From contig NZ_JAGIOS010000001.1 in NCBI RefSeq assembly GCF_017876815.1, positions 2,010,001 through 2,042,000 on the forward strand: DNA of 32,000 nucleotides, read 5' to 3'. Source of the DNA: Sinorhizobium meliloti (GTDB lineage: Bacteria > Pseudomonadota > Alphaproteobacteria > Rhizobiales > Rhizobiaceae). Below the pieces are notes generated by a model that had not been told where the DNA came from, made no database searches, and worked only from the letters and a program-made list of their open reading frames with translations. The translations under genes were made by a program, and so were the position numbers. Each line of letters begins with the position of its first letter. Position 1 is the stretch's first letter. This document shows positions 15,210 to 22,221 of the stretch, one piece after another.

Positions 15210-16646
15210 ATGAAACTTGTCAGCGACTTCAATGATTTTGTGATCGATACAGTCAACCTCAATCAAACTCGCTTAGACCGGCTTGAAGAGCGGATCGAAA
15301 CCATCAAGGATTTCATCAGAGGTTCTGAGTGGGAGCCGCGGATATCCACCTTCATCGAGCAGGGATCCTGGGCCCACGACACCATCATTCGCCCTGTAGA
15401 TGGGGGAGAATTCGACGCCGACCTTCTGGTGAAGGTGTACCCCGTAGAAGGGTGGAGCGCTGCCCAGTACGTCAAGGAGCTCGGGCGGCTCTTCTTAGAC
15501 AGCGGGAGGTACGGCGACAAAACGGTAGTCTATGACTACTGCGTCACGATCACATACGCGGACGACTGCAAGATCGACATTGCTCCCTTGGTCATGGACC
15601 GCGAGTACCAGGGCACTCTTGAGGTCTGCAACAAGCGCAAGGACGCGTTCGAAGGTTCACAGCCGGTTGAGTACACGCGGTGGATGCGTGAAAAGAATGG
15701 TTATTCGGGCAACAACTCATTCCGCAAAGCCACCAGGCTGATCAAGTATATTAGGGACATCAAGAAGCGTTTTAGCTGTCAGTCCGTTCTTCTGACGACG
15801 CTTATCGGTCACCGCATCGAGTGGTTCGATAAAGACTCCGGTGCGTTTTCCGATACGCCAAGCGCCCTGCAGACGATCATAGGCCGCTTGGACGACTGGT
15901 TGCAGGCACACCCAAACAAGCCGGAGGTGCCCAATCCGGCGCTCCCATCCCAGGATTTCGCCGACCTCTGGAATGACACCCAGTATGCTAATTTCCGGAA
16001 CTTCGTGCACAAGTACCGAAAATGGATCGACGAAGCTTTCAACGCGGCGACCCGATCCGAGAGCATCGAGAAATGGCGCAAAGTCTTCGGCGACGAGTTC
16101 GCCAAGGGTGAGAACGTGAAAAAGGCCGAGGCGACCGCCATACAGCGCACGAGCGCCTTGCTGATGGAAGGAGCTGCCCACCTCGACAGCCTCGTCGATA
16201 ACGTGATCGACTTCGGCATCACCATCCTGCCCTCTTGGTTCAAAACACCCGCACATATGCAGCCCCCACGCTGGCGACCTGCACAACATGTTTCCCGCAA
16301 CGTTCAAGTATCTGCCGAATACGCTTTTCAAAGAACGGGTAGAGCCTATTCGATCAACTCTGGAGAGGCGGTGCCGCCGCGCGGCGGCTTGTGGTTCGAC
16401 GTGAGAGTCAACAAGTTCCAGATGGTGCCAAGTGACTGCTACGTCCGATGGCGCATCACCAATACTGGCGCAGTTGCTATGGCGCTCAAGAAAGGACGGG
16501 GCGGTTTCGAGCGGCCCATTGAAGGCAATCGTCGTTGGGAAGAGCTGGAATATCGCGGCGTTCACATGGCCGAGGCATTTATCATCCGAATAATCGACGA
16601 TCGTCTGGTTGGTTACAGCGAACCATTCTACGTGGTCATCGGATAG
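15210..16646 (+). CDS. Pol-beta/SMODS-type nucleotidyltransferase with C-terminal beta-rich sensor-like domain (AGS-C-like)
   Basis: ATG 15210 lies 7 nt after AAGGGGG. The NTase signature is G52-S53 (QGSWAHDTIIRP), D69-A-D71 (EFDADLLV) and D123 (CKIDIAPL). This is followed by the helical region typical of CD-NTase/SMODS proteins (YTRWMREKNG...ATRLIKYIRDIKK). The last roughly 130 aa form a separate domain (...YVRWRITNTGAVAMALKKGRGGFE...). Confidence 0.8.
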   Translation: MKLVSDFNDFVIDTVNLNQTRLDRLEERIETIKDFIRGSEWEPRISTFIEQGSWAHDTIIRPVDGGEFDADLLVKVYPVEGWSAAQYVKELGRLFLDSGRYGDKTVVYDYCVTITYADDCKIDIAPLVMDREYQGTLEVCNKRKDAFEGSQPVEYTRWMREKNGYSGNNSFRKATRLIKYIRDIKKRFSCQSVLLTTLIGHRIEWFDKDSGAFSDTPSALQTIIGRLDDWLQAHPNKPEVPNPALPSQDFADLWNDTQYANFRNFVHKYRKWIDEAFNAATRSESIEKWRKVFGDEFAKGENVKKAEATAIQRTSALLMEGAAHLDSLVDNVIDFGITILPSWFKTPAHMQPPRWRPAQHVSRNVQVSAEYAFQRTGRAYSINSGEAVPPRGGLWFDVRVNKFQMVPSDCYVRWRITNTGAVAMALKKGRGGFERPIEGNRRWEELEYRGVHMAEAFIIRIIDDRLVGYSEPFYVVIG

Positions 16647-16696
16647 ATCGTGGGGACGCTGGTGGCAACAATCGAAATGATAGGCTACTGCAAGTC

Positions 16697-17560
16697 ATGG
16701 TAAGAACCATTGCAGATGCGTTTCGTGTTCTGCGCAGCAATCTTGAAATAACGGACCTGCAGGAGCAGACGGTTGCGAGCCGTCAGAAAGCAATCCGCGA
16801 GGTTCTGGCGCGCGATTTCATAATCAAGGACACGTTTCTCACGGGATCATACCGCCGCAGCACCATGATCAGGCCACTGAAAGAGGCTGACGTCGATATC
16901 TTCATTGTCCTAGATCTGAAATATTACCGCGATGATGGAAAGCGGACCCTTCTCGAGAGCATCAAGAAGTCGCTTCGCAAGACATATACCAAGACGCCCG
17001 ACATCCGGCCGGACGGTTCGGCCGTGACTGTCACCTTCACCGATTTCAAGGTCTACGTAGTGCCAGCCTTCTACCGCCAGGGTGGCGGCTACCTCATTCC
17101 CAGCCTCGAGCTGAACAAATGGATATCCACGGATCCGAAAAAGCATGTGGAGATTTGGACGGCAGCCAATAAGGCGCACAACGACGACCTCGTGCCGTTG
17201 ATTAAGATGATCAAGGGGTGGAATAAGAGCCGGAATCTCTTCAAGTCCTTCCATCTGGAGACGCTGATCCTGAAAGCGCTTGACGGCGTCACTATCACTG
17301 ATTACCCGTCTGGCATGCGCTACGTCTTCGACAAAGGCATTACGCTAGTGCAGTACAAACTGGCTGATCCGGCCGGCTATAGTGGTGACGTCGGGGCGCA
17401 CGTGGAAACGAAAGCCAAGATCCAGCTCCTCGTGGACCGCCTGATCTGGGCGCGAGATCGGGCGAAGGAAGCCGAAGCCATGGCGGCAGACGGCAACGTC
17501 GCGAACGCAATCGACAAATGGCGTCTAATCGTGCCCTCCTATTTTCCTAGATTTGGCTGA
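16697..17560 (+). CDS. second SMODS/CD-NTase-like nucleotidyltransferase (minimal, 287 aa)
   Basis: FLTGSYRRSTMIRPLKEADVDIFIVL contains G50-S51 and D65-V-D67. Downstream come ...FKVYVVPAF... and TDPKKHVEIWTAANKAHNDDLVPLIKMIKGWNK, as in minimal bacterial cyclic-oligonucleotide-synthase-like NTases. The position of the third catalytic acid reads Tyr (Y120). Confidence 0.8.
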   Translation: MVRTIADAFRVLRSNLEITDLQEQTVASRQKAIREVLARDFIIKDTFLTGSYRRSTMIRPLKEADVDIFIVLDLKYYRDDGKRTLLESIKKSLRKTYTKTPDIRPDGSAVTVTFTDFKVYVVPAFYRQGGGYLIPSLELNKWISTDPKKHVEIWTAANKAHNDDLVPLIKMIKGWNKSRNLFKSFHLETLILKALDGVTITDYPSGMRYVFDKGITLVQYKLADPAGYSGDVGAHVETKAKIQLLVDRLIWARDRAKEAEAMAADGNVANAIDKWRLIVPSYFPRFG

Positions 17561-17564
17561 CACT

Positions 17565-18500
17565 ATGCAGAACCAGATTCCGGTCCGGCAGGACGAAGAG
17601 GTACAGCTGAAGCTACTGCGGGCGCGAACGCGCACTTATACGGTTGCGACCCGCTTGATGGTGCTACAGCTATGCCTGACAGTGTTAGTTCCGGTCGTGG
17701 GGGCATTCTGGGGCGCAGCTGATCCGCAAGTGAGACCCTACTTCACCCTATTGGCATTGATGGTGCTTCTACTCGATCCGCTTTGGATCGACCGGCAATA
17801 CAAGGCAACTCTGAAACGTGCTGCGAAAATAGCGGAGCAGTTCGACTGTACCGTGCTGGAGATCGGATGGAACCCTTTCGTGGTGGGTGATCGGGTCGAG
17901 GCCGAAGACATTCACCGCGCGGCGACAAAATACAAGTCTGGTCACGACGACAGCCAACTGACAGGCTGGTATCCTAAGGCCGCCGGCGGCGTTCCGCTCC
18001 ACTTGGCGCGGTTTATTTGCCAGAGGACCAACCTCCGATACGACAGCGAGTTACGCCGGCACTACGCATCAATCTTATCCGGGCTGGCGGCTGCCGTAGC
18101 TGCAATTGTCGTGGTGCTCGGGATCGTGCAGCAGCTCACCCTACAGGAATGGGTGCTGAATATTGCGCTGCTGAGCCCACTGCTCAGTTGGTCGATCAGG
18201 GAATTCTACCGACAGCGAGATACGGCGGATCAACAGCAAGATCTCATGAAATCTGCTAAAAAACTGTGGGAACGGTGCCTCGAGGTAGATGGCATTGAGG
18301 ATGAAGCTACCGTCAAAGCACGGGAATTTCAGGACGCCATCTATGCACGCCGCGTGTCCAGCCCGCTGGTAATCCCTCTTGTCTACAAGTTCCTACGCCC
18401 CGGTCTGGAAGACGAAATGAACGAGGCTGCCAGTGACTTCTTGGCTCAATATACAGAGCGCAGCAGCCAGGACCTAACGGCAGCTCTTGCGAAACTATAA
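17565..18500 (+). CDS. four-TM membrane protein, candidate effector (S-4TM-like)
   Basis: The start is ATG 17565 (4 nt after the NTase stop) or TTG 17553 (8-nt overlap). There are two TM hairpins: LMVLQLCLTVLVPVVGAFWG / YFTLLALMVLLLDPLWI, and ILSGLAAAVAAIVVVLGIV / WVLNIALLSPLLSWSI. A soluble insert of about 95 aa separates them, and a soluble tail of about 95 aa follows. Confidence 0.8.
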   Translation: MQNQIPVRQDEEVQLKLLRARTRTYTVATRLMVLQLCLTVLVPVVGAFWGAADPQVRPYFTLLALMVLLLDPLWIDRQYKATLKRAAKIAEQFDCTVLEIGWNPFVVGDRVEAEDIHRAATKYKSGHDDSQLTGWYPKAAGGVPLHLARFICQRTNLRYDSELRRHYASILSGLAAAVAAIVVVLGIVQQLTLQEWVLNIALLSPLLSWSIREFYRQRDTADQQQDLMKSAKKLWERCLEVDGIEDEATVKAREFQDAIYARRVSSPLVIPLVYKFLRPGLEDEMNEAASDFLAQYTERSSQDLTAALAKL

Positions 18501-18798
18501 TACAAACTGCGACGACCGAAATGGGGAGCGAAGCCGTCTTTCAGTAATCGAACCTTTCGTGTCTGCAATAGGAGGAGCCCCGCTTGAACATAGTTCTAGA
18601 TGTGAGCTTTCAGGAGGTTGAGGGGGTGGCCCCCCTGTGATCGGAATCTCGGCAAAGCATGCATATTTCCAGGTCGCTGCGTTGATTGAAAATTTTCTTG
18701 TCATTTGACAGAGCGTGACCGAAAAGCTTATGAAGCAGCTATATCCCCGTCATAGCCACTAGATATAGGAAGCGCCAGCCCGATCGGCGCTCGATGCG

Positions 18799-19167
18799 AT
18801 GCCTCGACTCCGCGCTTTGCAAGCAAACATTTCAACGGTGGCGCCGCTGGTCGGCTACGCCTCCGACGGTGCCGACAAGAAGCGGCGGACCTTCCAGCCA
18901 TGGCGCGCTTGGTACAATACCGCCGCGTGGGAGGACCTGCGCCAAGCCGTGTTCCTCCGCGACAATTATATATGCCAGCGCACGGGCGAGCTTTGCACTG
19001 GAACGGCGCCGGCCCCGAATAGTCCCGTCGCCCACCATAAGACCCCGCATCGAGGCAATCCCAAACTCTTTTGGGATATCGACAATATCGAGACCGTATC
19101 CAAGCGGGTGCACGACTCCGAAATCCAACGTGAAGAACAGGCCATCCCCCGCGGCCAATGGGATTGA
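18799..19167 (+). CDS. phage HNH endonuclease (packaging-associated type)
   Basis: FQPWRAWYNTAAWEDLRQAVFLRDNYICQRTG...VAHHKTPHRGNPKLFWDIDNIETVSKRVHDS matches the HNH motif and context of HK97-like phage HNH proteins. Confidence 0.8.
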   Translation: MPRLRALQANISTVAPLVGYASDGADKKRRTFQPWRAWYNTAAWEDLRQAVFLRDNYICQRTGELCTGTAPAPNSPVAHHKTPHRGNPKLFWDIDNIETVSKRVHDSEIQREEQAIPRGQWD

Positions 19168-19171
19168 CGAC

Positions 19172-19255
19172 ATGCCCTTACATCTTGCGTTCTCGGTGCT
19201 GATCATCGTCGGCGCTCTGATCATCTTCGTGCTCGTCACCGGCATCGCCCCATAG
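19172..19255 (+). CDS. possible 27-aa single-TM peptide
   Basis: MPLHLAFSVLIIVGALIIFVLVTGIAP starts 4 nt after the HNH stop. It is too short to judge. Confidence 0.2.
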   Translation: MPLHLAFSVLIIVGALIIFVLVTGIAP

Positions 19256-19460
19256 GTGGAAAGTTCAGAAGAAGGCCCCCTGCCGACCATCCGCGCACTG
19301 TCATCACGCCAGCCTTCTTCGACTTGCCGGTCGCTGCCACGCAGGCGAGGCCGCTGACAAGTTCCTCGTCGGCAACTTCCAGCAGGCGGCGCTCTTTTAT
19401 CATGGGGCCGCGCGAACACGCCGACAGAAACCTCATCGCAGTCTCGGCTGAGTAGAGCAT
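19236..19460 (-). CDS. possible small ORF downstream of the membrane-protein pair
   Basis: 74-aa ORF, co-directional and beginning about 75 nt after the 19536 stop. The composition is not convincing, no RBS was seen and no family is recognised. Confidence 0.2.
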   Translation of the reverse strand: MLYSAETAMRFLSACSRGPMIKERRLLEVADEELVSGLACVAATGKSKKAGVMTVRGWSAGGLLLNFPPMGRCR

Positions 19461-19535
19461 CGGCCTTGCGTCAAGCAGTCGCGAGCGTTCACCTTCGGCG
19501 ATTTCGGAAACGTGGCCTGTAAGGTGTTTTGACGG

Positions 19536-20006
19536 TCAGCTTAGGAAAGCCCAAATGGCGCACATGAACCGAATACCGGCGAAAGTCACGAAGATAAGGG
19601 GCACCGTACTGAGGATGGCAACCTCCTTGGAACGAACGAGGTTTACGCTCGGCGCGCGCGTCGGTAGAGTGGCCAATGCATAAACGGCGCTTCCTAAGGC
19701 AGCCACGGAAAATGCGGCGGCGAGCCTGAGAAAAGCCAGAGTGTACGGGTCAAGGGCAGTAGGTGTGAGTGCAACGAATGCGCCAACACCGGCAACAATG
19801 ATTGAAGCGCTTGTGATCGCCCCGTTAAGCTGAGCCAATATTACTGACGCCCCTAGATTGCGCTCATCCACGTCGTCCCTTGTGCCGGGTGGCTGACAAC
19901 CTCTCCATGTGGCCCAAACGCTTCTGAACCAAAACGCCCCCACGATAGCGTCGACGACCGGCCACCTCGTAAGAAACAAGGTTAAGTCAGCAACGGAAGC
20001 TGACAT
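19536..20006 (-). CDS. integral membrane protein (about 4 TM)
   Basis: 156 aa with hydrophobic segments VVDAIVGAFWF, SIIVAGVGAFVAL, LRLAAAFSVAALGSAVYAL and ILSTVPLIFVTFAGIRFMCAIWAF. The ATG directly abuts the stop of the upstream gene (TAG-ATG). Confidence 0.6.
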   Translation of the reverse strand: MSASVADLTLFLTRWPVVDAIVGAFWFRSVWATWRGCQPPGTRDDVDERNLGASVILAQLNGAITSASIIVAGVGAFVALTPTALDPYTLAFLRLAAAFSVAALGSAVYALATLPTRAPSVNLVRSKEVAILSTVPLIFVTFAGIRFMCAIWAFLS

Positions 20007-20543
20007 CTATTTCTCCCCGGTCAGTTTGTCGGTGTCGAAGATGTACTTGGAATACTCCGCTTCGTTCGTTGGGAGATCGACACCCGAAGAAGCGTAGGCT
20101 GCGCTTCCCAGTTCTTCTATACGATCCGGAAGTTCTCTTGCAGCTGGCCCGACGGCCTCGCGAATAGCTTCCCTAACGGCGGCATTGTAGAAGGCGGGCG
20201 CTTGCAGGGGCCAAGATGCCTCGACCAATGGCGGTTTGTTGTTTGGCCAGATACATTGGATCGATAGAGCGGCTAAGAAATCTACCTCACCAGGCTCTTT
20301 CCGATTATTGCTGTTGGCAACAGTAATAGCGACTTCGTTGGTTGCCGCGAGAAATCCCAAATATTTTCCGACATCATCCGGTCCAGCATTATTCCAGTCG
20401 ATACTTAGCCGTTTGGAAATCGGAAACTTCAAAGCCAGCTGTTGCAGCTGTTCCGGTATAATTGCCGGTCCGTTCTCTTGAGCAAACGCGGCGCCTCCAA
20501 CGGAGGACGCGAGCAAAATAACTGTAACGACGTGTTTTCGCAT
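20007..20543 (-). CDS. exported hypothetical protein
   Basis: ATG 20543 lies 7 nt after GGAGG. The signal peptide is MRKHVVTVILLASSVGGAAFA|QE. The track ORF extends to 20741 through Arg/Pro-rich sequence. GC is lower than in the phage backbone. Confidence 0.6.
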   Translation of the reverse strand: MRKHVVTVILLASSVGGAAFAQENGPAIIPEQLQQLALKFPISKRLSIDWNNAGPDDVGKYLGFLAATNEVAITVANSNNRKEPGEVDFLAALSIQCIWPNNKPPLVEASWPLQAPAFYNAAVREAIREAVGPAARELPDRIEELGSAAYASSGVDLPTNEAEYSKYIFDTDKLTGEK

Positions 20544-20935
20544 TGGGGCCCCTCCGGCTCGACGTAGCATACCGATCCCACTTTCGCTGATCGGCTCCGC
20601 ACACTGACACATCCTTGGCGCCTTATCGAGTGTCAACAACAACCTGGCGGTGCGTTGAGGCCAGAATTCCAGACTCGTGGATCCTTCGGGGGGGGTGGGT
20701 AAACGTCCGAGCGAGTGATTGAGGGGCCGGCCCCCGCGCAATTCGGAGATTTTTTTCGCGCGGCGGAAAAAACGAGAGCGGAAATGGAGGATTTTTAAAG
20801 TCCATCATGGAAAACGCCGAAGATTGGGCGCCATAAGGTCGAGAGGCGGGCTGTATCGGTCCTTCAGGCTTTTGACCAGCAGATCGGCGCGACCTCGCCG
20901 GGCCGCGTGACCTCCGGGGTCGACAGGACAGACGA

Positions 20936-21319
20936 TCAGACGATCCGGATAAGCATTCGGCCGGGATATTGCCCGGCGGTGACATGGAGAAGCAGCGGGC
21001 TGTCGTTGGCGACCGCATTGCGGATGACTTCGGCGGCGATGAACTCGACTTCATTAATGCAGCCGTAGCTGGCTTTCTCGTCCAACCAGAGGCTGAAAGG
21101 CATGGTCTCGGGATTGTGTTCCAAGGCATGGACGACGGCGGGCTTTTCGCCCGCGTCCAGATTGGCATTGTGCATCAGGTAGACGCCATAATCGCAGCGC
21201 AGCCAAAAGCCCGGCTCGGGAGCATCCTGGTGCCAAAGGGCGCGCTGCCCCTTCGACCAGCTTGCCTCGGCGGATTTGAGCAGGTCGCGCAATTGCGCGA
21301 CTGGGAAAGTCAGTAGCAT
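20936..21319 (-). CDS. hypothetical phage protein (DUF3085-like by recollection)
   Basis: ATG 21319 lies 9 nt after GGAG. The sequence includes GFWLRCDYGVYLMHNANLDAGEKPAVVHALEHNPETMPFSLWLDEKASYG. This is a plausible compact globular protein with phage-like GC. Confidence 0.55.
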   Translation of the reverse strand: MLLTFPVAQLRDLLKSAEASWSKGQRALWHQDAPEPGFWLRCDYGVYLMHNANLDAGEKPAVVHALEHNPETMPFSLWLDEKASYGCINEVEFIAAEVIRNAVANDSPLLLHVTAGQYPGRMLIRIV

Positions 21320-21497
21320 TGTTGGGTGCTCCATTCATAGCATGCGGAAAGCACGCCTGCGCCGCTCGGGGCCTCGCATCCGATTTCTTGCCCGCCCTCG
21401 GCTGGTGTGCAAACCGCGCGAGCGCATGATTGCCGACGATAACCATACCGGCGGGTAAAATCATAGCGGTCATCCGGCCTCTCCGGTCGCGCCGGTT

Positions 21498-21740
21498 TTA
21501 CTCGGCCCGTGCCGCGTTGCGCTGCGCCTCAAGGGCGGTGACCGCGAAGTTCCGGTATTTGTTCGTCGCCTTCGGCGAGAAGGAAACCGGATTGATCGGG
21601 AAGGCCTTTAAGGGTTGATATCGCCCTTTTCGCCCCCGGACGAGGAAAAGCGATGCGGTGAATTTGACCGCGTAGGCTTCCGGCGAGGTCAGGTCGGGGT
21701 GGTCTTTTAGGTCCTTCCTTGGTTTTTGCCGGCCCCTCAT
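21498..21740 (-). CDS. small hypothetical protein
   Basis: 80-aa basic ORF, divergent from terS. No family recognised. Confidence 0.35.
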   Translation of the reverse strand: MRGRQKPRKDLKDHPDLTSPEAYAVKFTASLFLVRGRKGRYQPLKAFPINPVSFSPKATNKYRNFAVTALEAQRNAARAE

Positions 21741-21819
21741 TGGCGCGTGCTCAACACCTATAGAGACCGGGGTCGGGAGTTATCACTAAGTGGTTGTTGT
21801 TGCAGTAAAACGGTAAGCC

Positions 21820-22221
21820 ATGAGCAAGCGAAAACAAGCCGGCCGGCCGCCGCATGAGCCGAGCGAAAAAGATCGGAAAATGGTTGAGGTCCTATCGGGC
21901 TTCGCGGTGCCGACGAAGCATATAGCCGAGGTCGTGGGGATCACTCAGGCCACGCTATTCAAGCACTATCGGGACCAGCTGCGGCGCGGCGGCGCGCTCG
22001 TTCAGGCCAAGCTGGTCGCCAATCTCCTGCGGATCGCCAGCGGCAGCGATGGCACGGCGTTGAAGGCAATCACCTTCGCGCTGCAATGCCGCTTCGGCTG
22101 GTCGCAATATGTCCCGCGCCCGGATGGTGAGCGCGATCGGCCGCCGGGCAAGAAGGAAATTCAGCAGCGCGAGGCCGAAACCGCGCATACCGAATCCGAT
22201 TGGGGCCGGCTGTTGAATTGA
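21820..22221 (+). CDS. terminase small subunit (HTH type)
   Basis: 133 aa immediately upstream of, and overlapping, terL. The HTH-like segment is PTKHIAEVVGITQATLFKHY. The sequence is of the type found at this position in alphaproteobacterial HK97-like prophages. Confidence 0.6.
   Translation: MSKRKQAGRPPHEPSEKDRKMVEVLSGFAVPTKHIAEVVGITQATLFKHYRDQLRRGGALVQAKLVANLLRIASGSDGTALKAITFALQCRFGWSQYVPRPDGERDRPPGKKEIQQREAETAHTESDWGRLLN

Noticed and set aside
15717-16565. 282-aa minus-strand ORF (and 15809..16300)
   Set aside because: It is antisense to NTase 1, whose plus-strand frame carries the GS/DxD/D signature and an RBS.
20721-20772. GGGGCCGGCCCC palindrome and a T6-CGCGCGGCGG-A6 element in the 20544-20935 gap
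   Set aside because: The palindrome leaves almost no loop. The second element pairs mainly through A/T runs with an imperfect GC core. It may be a weak bidirectional terminator, but the evidence is insufficient.
21054-21473. 139-aa minus-strand ORF starting with a good RBS (GGAGAGG) at 21473
   Set aside because: Only the first roughly 45 codons are free of overlap. The rest runs through the 20936..21319 gene in another frame. It may be a small gene whose stop was lost by a frameshift, but I cannot define a credible end, so I did not call it.
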